From Cyanophora paradoxa CCMP329 (taxonomy: Eukaryota; Plantae; Glaucophyta), in the NCBI GenBank assembly GCA_004431415.1, contig QPMI01000428.1, forward strand, positions 62,001 through 126,000: a DNA stretch of 64,000 nt. Direction: 5' to 3'. How positions within the stretch are numbered: the first letter of the stretch is position 1; each line of letters opens with the position of its first letter. Below are positions 12,001 to 24,781 of the stretch, in pieces. The position numbers and the translations under genes are program-made. The notes under the pieces are model-generated. The model worked only from the letters and a program-made list of their open reading frames with translations. It was not told where the DNA came from and made no database searches.

Positions 12001-15000
12001 TGTCGCGCTGAACCGCACCCGTCTCTTCCAGAGATGGAGATCGAGGGGCTGCGCCTGGAGGAATGCGCGGGGGGAGCCGCCTCTCTGCACGCCCTCCGCT
12101 CCGCCACTCTACGTACCGTCGTTATTAGAAACGCCGCGGGCGACGCGGCGGCAGCGGGCGGTCTCGCGGTGTCGAACCTCGCGGGCCCATTCGCAGCCCG
12201 CGATGTGACGCTCCTAGGTGCCTCCTCGAAATCGGCACCGGCCTCGACGGGGGCGCTGTCGGTGCGGGGCCCGGCGGGTGGGCGCGCGGGACCCGTGTCC
12301 CTCGACAACCTCCGCGTGGAGGGCAACGGCGTCTCCGCCGAAACCGACGCCCTCGGCGGCGGCGGCGCAGAAGGCGGCGCAGGCGTCTCCGTCGCCCGTG
12401 CCGCGTCCCTCTCCGTCCACGCGTCGCGCTTCGCGGGCAATCGGGCCCTCGCCCGGGGAGCCAGCGGCGGTTCTCTCCACGCGCTCGAGGTGCTTGGAGA
12501 GGTGCGCCTCGAAACCTGCTCCTTCGAGGCGGACGAGGCGGCCGGCGACGGCGGCAGCGTCGCCCTCCTGCACGTTGGCAGCGCGAGCCTGCGGGAGGTG
12601 AGCGTGCGGGGCAGCCGCGCCGTGGGAGGCCACGGCGGCTGCATCGCGGTGCGCGACCTCGCGGGCCCCTTCACTGCCCACTCCCTCGACCTCTCCACCT
12701 GCAACGCCACCGGCTCGCGTGCTTCCGGTGGCGGCGCCGGCGGCTGCCTCTTCGTGGCAGGCGACGCCGACGCCGTCGGGGGCAGCGTGGCGGTCACCGG
12801 CGCGCGCTTCTCCGCCTGCTCCGCCGCCGCCAGCGCCGAGTCTCTGGGCTTCGCGGGCGGAGGGGCGGCGTGCCTCGCCAACCTCGCGTCGGCCTCGTTC
12901 GAGGCCAGCGAGTTCGAGGGGAACGTGGACCGCGGCCAGGCCCTGAAGGAAGCCGTGACGCCCCGGACGGAGGGCGGCGGCGCCCTCCTCGCCGTCGGCC
13001 TCGAGCGCCTCTCGGTCACGCGCTCGCGCTTCGCGAGCAACGCGGCGCTGGTCAAGGGCGGCGCCGTCGCCGCCGTGCAGGTCTCCGACGCGGCGCTCCA
13101 CTTCTGCACCTTCGAGGGCAACGCAGCCGACAACGGTGGAGCGGCCTTCCCGAGCTTCGGCGGCGGCGGCGCGGTGAGCTTCGAGGGGAAGGACGGCCTC
13201 GAAGCGTCCCTCCTCGTCCGGAACTCGTCCTTCTCGAGGAACGTGGAGAGGCAGCTCGGGGGCGGGCAGATGCGGGGCGGGGGCGCCCTCTGGGCCGAGG
13301 GGGCCTCGTCGGTCGTCGTCCGCGGCTCGACCTTCGCGGGCAACGCGGCGCAGCGCGGCGGGGCGCTCTCCCTTGGCGCGCAGGCCCTCACGCTGGAAGA
13401 GTCGGAGTTCGCCGCGAACGGCTGGCCCGCCAGCGATGACGCCGGCTCCCGCGTCACGGACGGCGGGGCCATCGACGCGCGCCTCTCGGGCCCCGCCGCC
13501 TCCCTCGTCGCTCGCGCGTCCTTCACGAAGAACTCGGGCGCCACGGGCGGGGCCGTGCGCCTCGCCACGGACGGCACGGTCGCAGCGCCGGTGCGCATGG
13601 AGGGCGTCTCGTTTGTGGCGAACGCGGCGAGCGCCTCGGGCGGCGCGCTCCTCGTTTCTCAGGTGCCGTTTTCGCCATTCCCGCCATGCGATACCTCCCC
13701 TGCTTCTTAATACGATCGATATATCATGCGCTCGCCTGCTCTCTTCTTCGTGCAACGCCACACACCTCACACGTCGCAGCTCGACCTGGCCGCCACTGGA
13801 GTGACATTCCGCGACAACTCGGCGGGCCAGTCGGGAGGCGCCCTGCTGGTGGACGCCGACAAGCGCTGCGCCATCCGCTTCGAGTCGAGCTCCTTCGCCC
13901 GCAACGACGCCCAGGAGGGCGGCGCCGTCGCCCTGTTCACGTCCATCGCCGCCGTCCGCCTGGAGTTCTCGGCGACGTCCTTCGCGCTGAACGAGGCGAG
14001 GAGCAACGGCGGCGCCATCTTGAAGCAGAACGGCGAGCTCCTTGTCCGTGCATCCGCCTTCGAGTCCAACCGCGCCCTGGCCGCCGGGTGCGATCCGCAA
14101 GCTTGAGATTACGCAAGAGACTCGTTGCTTTCGATTCTGAATTTCTGACCGGCCGCGGGCCCGCCCCGTGTACGTAGCGGGGCAATCTATATGTCGGACA
14201 ACGTCGGGTGGGCGCGCTTCGAGGACTCGTCCATGACGGCCAACACGGCGACGGAGAACGGGGGCGCCCTGGCGGCCGTTCTCCGCGCCGCGCCGACCTT
14301 CGTCCGCTGCGCACTGCGCCGCAACGTTGCCAAGGCCGAAGTCCGCATCCTTGCTCGCCCCCCCGGCCCCGCCTTGCTTCGGGCCTGACGGCGCGCTCTT
14401 CGATTCGTTGCAGGGCGGGGCCGCGTGGTGCATGAAGTCATCGGCGTGCACCCTCGCCGCCAGCTCCATCGAGGCGGGCTCCGCCGAACACGGCGGCGCC
14501 ATTTTCGTCGACCAGGTGCGTGGCGCCACTAGCACTGCTGCTGGGCTTCCACCGCTCCGTCACACTTCGGATAGGATGCGACCCTGGTCCTCGAGGATGT
14601 GTCGCTTCTGCGGAACGCTGCCGAGACAGCGGGCGGGGCGATCCAGGCTGGGACGCGCTCCCGCGTGACCATTCGTGGCGGCTCGATCTCAGCCAACCAG
14701 GCGGATCGCGGGGCCGGCATTTATGCCGATGGCGACGCCTCCGCTCTCATCAACGGAACTGCAATAACGGCGAACCTGGCGGCTACTGTGGGCAATGAGG
14801 CACGGCCCGACGGCACGGGCGGCGGCATCTGCGTCGCCTTCAACTCGTCGTGCACGCTGCTGGGCGGCACGCTGGTCACCTCGAACAGGGCGGGAGCCGG
14901 CGCCGGAGTGGCGGTGCTCAACACGGCGCGGTTCACTGCGGGGGCCGAGGTCGTCGACGTCGTCGACGTCGGCAACCGTCGGGCGCTGCTGCAGGCGGGC

Positions 15001-18000
15001 AACGCGACATCCACGCCGATCGCTGTTGTGCTCATCGGCTCGAACGTCGCGACGGGCAACGGCGCGGGCCTGCAGCAGCTCGGCGGCGTGGTGCGCCTGC
15101 TGCGGGGCGTGCAGCTGTCGGAGAACGCGGCGGGCGGGCGCGGCGGCGGCCTCTGCTACGAGTCGGGCACGATCGACCTCCAGGGCGTCGTCATCAGGTG
15201 AGGGCCGGCCGCGGAGACAACATGAACACAGCGAATTACAGCTTCTAGATCTGACCTCGTGCGCGTTTGCAGCAAGAACCTGGCAACGGACGGCGCGGGG
15301 GCCTACGTGCGCCCCACGAAGTGCAGCGCCATCAGCATCGGGGGCGTCTCGGTCCGCGACAACGCGGCGACGGGCGGCGGAGGTGCTGGCGCCCGATCCG
15401 CCCTTTCTCTTTTGTTGCTTATTGCCTGCAGGCGGAATCTTCGTTGACGCCAAGGACCCGACCGCCTGCGCGCCCTTCGCCTCCCTCGCCTCGGGCGCCT
15501 CCGCGTTCTTCACGAGCCTCGACGGCAACACGGGCCGCTTCGGCGGCGGCATCGCGGCCGTCCCGACCACCATCGGCCTCTTCGGGCCGCGCAGCGCGAC
15601 GCCGCCGCACAACGAGACGACGCCAGCTTCGCGCATGCCCCTCTACTACAAGGTGGAGGTGCGCGGCAGGCAAACGTCGCCGTTGCGCAGCTAGAACTGA
15701 TATTTGAACGCTCCGCAGGTGAGAGACAGCTTCGGCCAGATCGTCAGGACAGCGACGGGCGCAGTCATCGCCGTCACCGCACTCGGCGACTCCGCCAGCA
15801 TCGGTGCGGCCTGCCCCGCCCTCGCAAAGCATATGCATCTGTTGCCGACCCGGCCCGTCGACGTCGACAGCGGGGACGCCGCAAATGGCGACGGTGGAAG
15901 GCGTGGCGGAGTTCAAGGACCTCCAGGTGCCTTCGAATTCGGCGCCATCCGTGCGGAGGGCGCCGCTGATGCGTCGGCAGGTGGTCGCGCAACCCGGCGC
16001 GACGGCGACGATCGTCTTCACGGCGACATTCCCCGACGGCTCTGTCCTGTCCGCGACGGCGGTCCTCGCCCTGCGGCAGTGCATGCGGGGCGAGGTCCTC
16101 GAGGAGAACAAGGCGTACTGCCCCGTGCGCTCGAGCGACGTCGACGGCAACTGCTGCGGTTTTGATTACGATCGCGCAGACGTGCTCGTACTGCAAGCTC
16201 TGCCCGCCCGGCACGTACTCCCTCGAGGACTCCGATTTCAGGGGCAAGGAGTGTCGCGTGTGCCCTGCGGGAGCCACCTGCGTCTTCGGGGGGAGCGACG
16301 TGCGGCCGCTCAGGGGCTACTGGCAGTCGCCGTACGACCCACACCGATTCCTGAACTGCGTCAACCAGGCCTGCGTCGCCGACTACGGTGCCGCCTGCTG
16401 TGCTGTGCTGCCCGTTCGCGCCCTCGCGCTCGATGCTGAGCCGCGGGCAGCCGACCGCGTCTTGAAGGCGACGGGGGCCCCCGACCTGGTCTCCGCCAAC
16501 CTCACCAACGCACAGTTCTTCGACCTCGCCAGGCCCTGCGCCAGCGGCTACGACGGCAACCTCTGCACCGTCTGCCGTGCGTACTCCCAATTTCCAAATT
16601 TCCCGCCTCCTTCGCTCATTAATATTGTACGCAGAGGTGGGGTGGGGGCGGCGCTCCGACTTCGAGTGCGAGAAGTGCATGGAGCCCGCCTACACGCGCT
16701 CCATGACCGCCGCCGTCATCTGCTTGTTGCTCGTCATTGCCGCCTTTCTTGTCAGGTCACTATTTCTTGGCCCGCGGCCGTCCGTTCTCTCGTGATGACT
16801 TGGTAATAACGCTGAGCACGTTTTCCGCGCGCCTCTTCGCAGAAAACACATCACGGTGAGAGGGCGATTCTGCATCGATTCCCGTACCCCATTTTATCTG
16901 TTGCTAATTCGCAATCATGCTTTTGCGCAGTCGTATAACAAGCAAATCAAGGTGGGCTCAATACATGCTCAGCTCCATTCCGCTTTAATTTGTCTCTCCG
17001 GGTGCTGATATCGATCCGACGGCCCGGGCGCAGGATGACCGAGGAGGAATACTCTTGAAGGTAGCACTGCACTCCGATCCGCGCCTCTCGAAGGAAAAAC
17101 CGACACGTGAGATGCAGATCTTCTTCGACTATCTCCAGCTTGTGGCCATGGCGAAAGGTTATATTATCGTTTCCTTGCTATCGTGTTTCCACCTGGACTT
17201 GACGCATCCGTCTGGCAGGCTTCCAAATCCGCTGGCCCTCTCTCTTCTCAGACATGATGTTCCTGCAGACATCCATCGCCAGCCCGCTGTGCGCTCCCTC
17301 CTGCGCTCAAGATCCGTAGAATGCCCTCACGATCGCGCTCACGCTCACGCGCGCGCTGCACAGCGAGTCGATGGTCTCCATCGACTGCATGTTCGACCTC
17401 AACACGGCGTCCATCTCGCAGGTCGTGCGGCCCTTCTACGCACGCGTCATCGGGTGGATCTCGATCCCCCTCCTCTGCGTCCTCGTCCCCGCGGTCATCC
17501 TTGTCGCCGAGCCCGCCTGGCACCGCTTCCGGTGCTGGCGCAAGGGCGTCAAGCCCTCGGACGCCGAGATGCGGGCGTCGCACGCGCACGCCCGGGACGA
17601 CTACTACGTGTCGATCGTCGTGAGCCTGTACCTCGTGCACCCGCAGATCACGCAGAAGATGTTCAAGCTCTTCTCCTGCCGCGACCTCGGCGGCGGGCGC
17701 TCCTTCCTGCAGCAGGACATGCAGGTCGACTGCAACACGCTCGCGTTCCGGCTCTGGCAGTGGGGCATCGGCGCCCCCGCCATCCTTCTCTACGGCTTCG
17801 GCATCCCCGTGGCCGCCTTCGTCGTCATGTACCGAAACCGCCACCGCCTCGACGACGCCGGCTTCAAGCGCAAGTTCTCCTTCCTCTACCGCGGCTACAA
17901 GCAGCGCTGCTGGTACTGGGAGGTCCGCTGCTCCTCTTGAGCCTTTGCGGGCCTAGGCCTCGGCCTCGGCTGAACTGCGCGCGGGACGAACGTGGACAGA

Positions 18001-19665
18001 GCATGGTGATCGTGCGGAAGCTGCTGGTGGCGGTGGTCGTCTCGGTCCTGGACGGGCGGCCGCAGGTCCAGGGCCTCGTCGGCCTCGGCATCCTCCTCGC
18101 CAGTCCGCCTTCTAGCTGCTCTGACGATGATGATGTACGAATGCATATTAATTGCCGCGCGCAGCGCTGGTGGCGAGGTTGAAGCTGGCGCCTTGGGACA
18201 GTCAGTTGCTGGACGCTGTCGATTTCTGCGGGATCCTGGCGGCGACAATCACGATATACGGAGGCCTGTTCTTCTACACGCCCGACTTCCTCGGCCAGGT
18301 CGACGAGAGCGTCATAACCGTGCGCCGTTGCTGTTCCTCTGGCTCTAATCGCCATCTGAAAATTAGAGCCGCCAATGCAGTATTGCCTCATTGTCGTGAA
18401 CGTGCGTTCCCGCGGCCGCCCTCCATCGCGCGATCGCCAGATTCCTTGCGGGTTATAATTGAGACAATCATGAATGGTCGGCAGGCTCTGTTCGTTGCCG
18501 TCTTTGTGGTCGTTTACTTCCTCGAGTGGGCGGTGAAGACGCTCGCCAGCCTCTCCAAGAAGCACCCGAGCATCGCCCGGCTCCGCGACCGACTCACCGC
18601 TCGCCACAAGTACGCTGCCGCCTTCAGCTTCCTTCGTGCGCTGCGATTCGATGCGCATGCGGGCTTTGCAGTGCGATGAAGCGACGGTTCAAACTGGTGG
18701 AGCAGCTGGACGAGGCGCTGAGCGGGAAGAACGACGGGCAGAACCTGACCATGAAGATCCGGCGCCTGCTCAGCAGGAGCACGGCCAGTCTGAATTCCGC
18801 CGCGATCGGCGTGGAAGATCGCGCGGGAGCGCTGGTCACCTTGGGCCCTGACGCGGAGTCCGGGGCCAAGCTCGGGAAGGAGAGGCTCAGGAGCTCGAGC
18901 ACGGTCAACCTGGACTTCCGCGGGACATCGATATCGGCGGTCAGCCTGACCGTCGCGCGCTCCACCAGGTGGGCGTATTTCCACGCGGTCGGGGGGAAGC
19001 TCACTGGAGGTAGCGCTAGCGGCAGAGTGCTGGTCGAGGGCGGCGCCAGTGGCAGCGGCTCGCGGTTCGAAGGCGAGGGGGAAGCCCTCGAAGGAGAGGA
19101 GCAGCGCGACGGGCGGAGCTCGATGCAGAGGCCCTCAACCGACCCGGACCTGGATCCGCCCCTCTACACCGGCGCGTCACAGACGCAGGCGCCGCCGGAA
19201 TTCGTGGAAGCTGCCTACCGTCTTGCGCCCCTCGAGCTCTCCCCGCTGCCGGCCCTGGGAGACCGGTTTCCGCCTGCAGCTGCTTTTCCCGCCCCATACG
19301 GCGGCCCGCGGCCGTCCGATGGGGGGGACACGGACTCGAGCTCCCTCCTGCCCCGGCCGCGGCCGGTGCCGCAGGTGCACATGTATTCTCTGATGCCGGG
19401 GCTGCCGGAGCTCGAGTCGGTGTGGTTGCGGACCGAGCTCCTGCAATCCGACGGCGGCGACGGCGACCCGACGGCCAACGATGCCAACGTTAACGCCAGC
19501 GCCGGGCCCTGGAGCGTTCCCGCCCAGGATCCGGAGGCCGTCTCGCCCCGCCCGTCGTCGACGTCGCCGTCGGACCTCCCCGACGCCCGCCGGCCGCTCC
19601 CGGGGACCGTCGACGTCGACGTCGACATCGAGAGCGGCGCCGGTCGCGGCGAGCCGTATACGTAG
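6051..19665 (+). CDS. Giant multi-exon cell-surface protein: 2 CUB, lectin-like, several IPT/TIG, Cys-rich repeat, PMP-like right-handed beta-helix, ephrin-receptor-like Cys-rich region, multi-pass TM region, low-complexity tail (5' part missing or interrupted)
   Basis: CUB motifs (GFRLRW, DLLRVYDGG). TIG starts (ITGFGP, IVRVSPAYGS, ESIEPAEG). GCDCGAGCYDPDCG. Dozens of GGA/GGG and FxxNxA repeats. CKLCPPGTYS...CRVCPAGATC. TM-region motifs LFSCRDL, FSFLYRGYK, WYWE. Short GT/GC-AG introns; exact exon structure not resolved. Confidence 0.8.
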
Positions 19666-20609
19666 GCCCAGTCCCCCCCCCCTCTCCTTGACTCAGTGAT
19701 CTTCTTCGGCGCCCTGCCGAATGTACTTTGCGCGCCTGCTTTCGTTGCTATCGATCAGTATGCTCGCTTCATTCAATGATTTTATAGCTATGTCACAGTG
19801 TATAGTTCTTTCAAGTTCGTCGTCTGCTCCTCGCTCTGCTGTTAGCTCGATCTCGTCGTCTAGATCTGTTCGTGCTGCTGCCTCGTCTCTTGTCCCTATG
19901 TCTGCTACGTCTAGCCTAGTAGTGCGAAGAGTACTGCTTTGTCTTTGAACTCTGGATCTAGATCTTCGACTGCAGTTCCTCGTGCTCGCTCTCCTTTTAT
20001 ATAATTATTTACTGCCCAGCCAAGCTGCGCATGCGTCTCCGTGCTCCTCGTCGTTCTCGAGTCTCAGAGTCTAGTGCTCCGCGTCGTTCTAGTGTCACTG
20101 CTGCGTCCTTGAGCTCTTTTACTACTTCGCCTCGTTCGCACTAGCTATCTTGTTCCTTATCGTGATCTTGCTATGGCTATACTATGATGATGATAGCTAG
20201 GACATGCGCTAACAAATCGACATGTACAGGGGCAGTGTAGATATAAATTAAACAGGGCCGCGGCTCTCAGAGTCTGATCATGAGCGAGGAGGCGCTGAGC
20301 AGTGCTGGCAGAATATGTAGCGGAGCCGAGGGAGTTCGAAGCAGGGAGGGGGGCCGGGGATGGGAGGGAAGAGTATGAATTCGAACGGAACAGGGACACT
20401 GCAGTTGCACTGCCCCTGTTGGAGGGGAAGGACCTCTAAAGGTTGAGCAGGAAAGTTCACCCCTGCAGCTGGTCACGTTAGCTTTGAGCCGAGATAGTGT
20501 GGACTCTGATAGCAGCTCGCCGAGTCGCGATCGGTGCTTTGTTCAGAAGCGGGGGAGGACGAGATCTAGCTCGTGATCGCGATCAAGAAGAGACTTGAGA
20601 GAAGCATGC

Positions 20610-21070
20610 GAGCCGCGCCGCCCCCGAACGCGCCTCCGCCCTGCCCGTCCGACGGTCGAGACGCGCCGCCACCCGCCGCGCCTCCGCCCCGCCCGGATAG
20701 CCGCTCCGCCGCCCGCAGCGCCTCCCGCCCCGCCCGGCGAGCTGCGCCGCCGCCCGCCGCGCCTCCGCCCCGCCCGCGGCCGGATAGCCGCTCCGCCGCC
20801 CGCAGCGCCTCCCGCGCGCCCCGCCCGGCGAGCTGCGCCGCCGCCCGCCGCGCCTCCGCCCCGCTTGGCGAGCCGCGCCGCCACCCGCCGCGCCTCCGCC
20901 CGCCCGGCGAGCTGCGCATGCGCCGCCGCCCGCCGCGCCTCCACCCCGCCCGGCGAGCTGCGCCGCCGCCCGCCGCGCCTCCGCCCCGCTTGGCGAGCCG
21001 TGCCGCCGCCCGCCGCGCCTCCGCCCGCCCGGCGAGCCGCGCCGCCGCCCGCCGCGCCTCCGCCCCCGAG
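20610..21070. repeat. GC-rich degenerate minisatellite
   Basis: More than 10 copies of GCCGCCCGCCGCGCCTCCGCCC-like units with GGCGAGC(T/C)GC linkers. Confidence 0.8.
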
Positions 21071-22940
21071 GAGCGGGAGGAGCCCGGCGGCCGCGCCGCC
21101 GCGCCAGTCCTCGACGCTCGCAGCCTGGCAGCGCGCTGGTATTCCCGAGTCAGGAAAGGCGGCGCCGCGGCCCCGTACGCGTGCCCCCCGGAGCGCCTTC
21201 TGCCGCACTGCGGCAGGGAGCCCAATGTGGGCCAGGTGCGCGGAAATCAGAATTAAATTATTAATCGTGGGCAATGTGTAATCGGAATTGAATAGAGCTT
21301 CTGAAAGTTCGGCGCTCGTCAGTTCCGAACTTCCGAATAGAAAATAGAAATTAAAATTCACGCTCGTCAGGCGGCCGTCGGATCGACGTCGACGCGTGCT
21401 TGCTCTTCCTGCAACCGCATGCGGGAGGAATTCGAACGCGTACGCATATATATATATCCTCCTTTGGGCCAAAGCTGCGGCAACCGTTGCGTGGTATCGG
21501 TGCGCCGGCAGACACAGAAGAATGGTGCGCCGGCGCGCGAAAATCTCTCCTGGGCGCGAAAATCGCCCTGCAGCTCAGCGGCTGGGCACCCGATCGACCG
21601 TAAAAGCGCAGGCTTCGCGTGCACCATGCCGCAAGAGGCGGGCCGGGCCGTGCGGCGATGGATGCTAGCACTGTACTACTTATAATTAGTAAGTTACTAC
21701 TAGCTGCAATCTAATTTGAAGCCATAATTATTGCAAGGGGGGAAGGATTCCCCCTTGCTTCCCGTTCCCTCGCTTCAGCCAAAAATTGCAAGGGGGGACG
21801 AAGACCGAAGGGCTTCTCCCATGCAGCTTGCTTACCGTTCCCTCGCTTCAGCCAAAATGTTTCTATGAGGCCGTTTTCGAGGTCCAGTATGCAACACCGG
21901 AAAAAATGATTCGTTATTCGCGATCCGATTGGCTCGGTGGACCGGTCAGCCCTCGACTTTCGACCGTCAAAGTCGAGGGCCCGGGGGGAAAAGTGGTTTT
22001 CGAGGGGAAAACGAACTTCTCCTCACTCCGGCCGGTCTTCGAATTTCTTGCGCGGTTATAATTATGCATGGAACCAGTTCTCCCTAGCTGTCTCCTCTAG
22101 ATTTCCGCTTCCTCGCTGCTGCAGTGCGCCGCGTACGCCGCACGGTACCCGTGCCGCCTGGACTACTTTTCTCTGCATCAAGCTTGCATCGCAGCACTGC
22201 GCATGCGTACCGAGCACGTGCCGCTGCCCGCAGCCGAGCACGCTTTGTGGCACTCGTGCTTGAGCTTGCCCTGCAAAACCGGTTGCACCGCTGCCTAGCT
22301 GCGTCGCTGATCGATATCGCAGCCGAGCACGCCGGGCCGTCCAGACCGTGCTCTCTTGCTGCGTTCAGTACGTCTCCGAAATCGAGTTTATACTGCAGAT
22401 TCGCGTGCGCCGCTGCCCGCAGCCGAACACGCCGGCCCGGCCGTGGACTGGCCGCGGTGCTTGTTTCCTGCTAGCAGCTTCGCCAAATTGCGCGCGTGAT
22501 TTTCCTGCTGACCAAGTCCGCACCAGATGGGACGGCGATCTAGTTCTGCAGCCGCGTCTGTGCCTGGAGACCTCGTCCTGGGGCGGGACTTCGTGGCGGG
22601 TGTTTCAAATATAAACCCAGTAAAATTCACGTCAATACAATACATGTTGGAATCACATCCAATACTCTTGAAAAAATGGGCGCAGGCTGCACGGTGTCGT
22701 CATCATGCAACGGCGGAACTTGCTTACATTGTCCGGACGGAGCCCGTGAACACTTCTGCTGGCGCCAGAACTTGTTTCGTCATGTCCGGCAGCACGGTCG
22801 CAGCGCTCGAGTTCGTGCAGTTTCGATCGAGCCGCGCGTTGGCAAAAACGCATGCGCAGCGGCTAACGCACGTATTCACCGCCACGCAGGGCACTCCCAA
22901 CCCGGTAATGCGTGCACAGCCTTCAGTTGGCGATACTCGA

Positions 22941-23297
22941 TTTTTTTTTTTGCAAAAGTGGACGTCGCATTGATACACCACGGCACATGTATCAATGTTC
23001 TACGTGACGTGCCCTTCCGACCGGTCATCTGTCTAGCCGAAGACGCTAGCAAGGTGCCGGCCATGGGTCGCTCAATATGGGAGGTTCGCCTGAGTGGGGG
23101 AGCCATGGTTTTCGGTGATAGCCGTAACCAGGCCCGCGCGCCCACCCCTTGATCTACTCCTCCATCCCTCATGAGCCCTGGAAGTGAAATGTCTCGCAGT
23201 CCGCCGCCCTCCCTTGCCGCCGCTCCGCCACCCCTCCTCCTCCTCACTCTGCCTCCTCCCTCCTCCTCACCTGCGCCCCAGGACCCCGATTAATCGG
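22941..23297 (-). mobile_element. 5'-truncated non-LTR retroposon (LINE 3' end or SINE)
   Basis: Poly(A)11 tail (T11 at 22941-22951). Perfect 19-bp TSD TTCAGTTGGCGATACTCGA at 22922-22940 and 23298-23316. 3' stem-loop CATTGATACA...TGTATCAATG. Confidence 0.9.
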
Positions 23298-23746
23298 TTC
23301 AGTTGGCGATACTCGAAGCGCGCGTTTGTGTGTCCAAGTGAGCTGGTTTCGCGGCTTCTTTACAAATTTGAAATTTTCGAATTCAAGAGTTATTCAGAGT
23401 TTTTTTCAGAATCCGGACCGGGAGTCATCTGCAGGCGAAGACCAGAGAAGTCTTCCCACAGGCTTTTCGTTGCTTGTTCCCCTGGCGGTACCTTGTCGTT
23501 GATTGGTATGCATATCCCGGCCGCATTGACGTGCACGCTCAGCCTGGACCGTTTCAACTGCCGTACGCTGAGCGGAACATTCGAGCAGTGCCGGCCCGCG
23601 AAACCGGCAATCAGGTCCATGCTTTGCCGGCATCGCCGTCCGCAGTGCGTAATGAATCTCAAGAGACTTCTTTTTATTGCTGAAGTGCTGAGCAGGAACT
23701 TTCTTCGAAGCGCGTCCCCTGCAATGGAAGATCAGCTAATTGTGTA

Positions 23747-24781
23747 TTGTCTTCGAACGAAAATGATCTCAATCACGCTGAGCATTGCCCCGACTTCCGC
23801 ATTCCGAATTCTGAATCGCGAACTCATGCTCCCAATTCCGGCGACACCGAATGCGTATCCCGCGAAATTGAGCCCGTGACGCATGCCGCTTCTGACAACT
23901 CGGTTTCGGGCGATGTGCGAATAGCGGAACCGTCTGTGAGCCGGGAAGTGCAACGGCTTTCTTTCCAACATCCCGGCCCGCGTTGGAGATCGGTGCGCGG
24001 TGTGGCGCCTTGTCCTTAGTGCTATTTCTCAGTGCGTTCGCATCAGATGTCGTGCAGCACCTGCAAGCGGCTCTTCAGCGAGAAGTCCTCGTTCGAGAAG
24101 CACGTGAAGCGTGCGAAGTGCTCGCTGCAGACTGTACCTACCGACATGTCTCTTCCGGCATCGGCAACGGTCGGCCAGTACCCGTGTAGGCAGTGCTCTA
24201 CCGTCTGTCCGTCGGCTCCTTCCCTTCGCCAGCACGAGGCTGCACACGCTTCGCGACGGCGCAGAAGAATAAGAAGACCGCCGCAGGAGGCGCCACTCCG
24301 CGCCCTCGCCGCTACCGTCCCGGTGCGCATACTTTCGCAATTCCTGGTCGGCAAAATTCAAACGCGCCGTGCTCCTCATGCAGGGACGGTTGCGCTGCGC
24401 GAAATTCGCAAGTATCAGAAGACTACGAACCTCCTGATCCGGAAGATGCCATTCCAACGTCTCGTTCGCGAGATCGCTGCAAAGGTTGCGGAGCAGAAGA
24501 AATTCCAGAGCCACGCGCTGCTCGCTCTGCAGGTTTGCGTGTCTGGAGCTTGTTTCACGGGTCGAGTCCTTCATTGACTCTGAGCGCAGGAAGCTGCTGA
24601 GGCTTATCTCGTCTGGATGTTTGAGGACGCCAACCTCTGCGCCATCCACGCCAAGCGGTGGATTTTCTTTGTGTTGCGTCTCGTCGCCCGCCGTCTGATC
24701 TGAAATGCGCATTCTCGCAGCGTCACGCTGCAAGCAAAGGACATTCAGCTCGCCCGCCGGATCCGCGGCGAGCGAGACTGA
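23747..24781 (+). CDS. Histone H3 variant with an N-terminal extension carrying two C2H2-type zinc fingers (one apparent 1-nt frameshift near 24250; start uncertain)
   Basis: Spliced histone fold RRYRPG|[31 protein letters not shown]...[10 protein letters not shown]|[23 protein letters not shown]|[23 protein letters not shown] introns at 24323-24383, 24533-24589 and 24658-24720. Upstream lie CSTCKRLF...KHVKRAKC and YPCRQC...LRQHEAAH, with a candidate in-phase intron at 23993-24046. Confidence 0.85.

Noticed and set aside
19790-20540. Possible solo LTR (CT-rich, starts TGTCAC)
   Set aside because: No second copy, PBS, PPT or TSD could be established in the window.
20543-21472. Long ORFs on both strands
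   Set aside because: These are stop-free artefacts of a GC-rich minisatellite.
22388-23700. ORF-like region interrupted by the retroposon
   Set aside because: No recognisable motif or consistent reading frame on either strand after removing the insertion.
24260-24781. Centromeric CENH3
   Set aside because: Loop 1 is not extended and the canonical Q68 and F84 are retained; only T107A fits.
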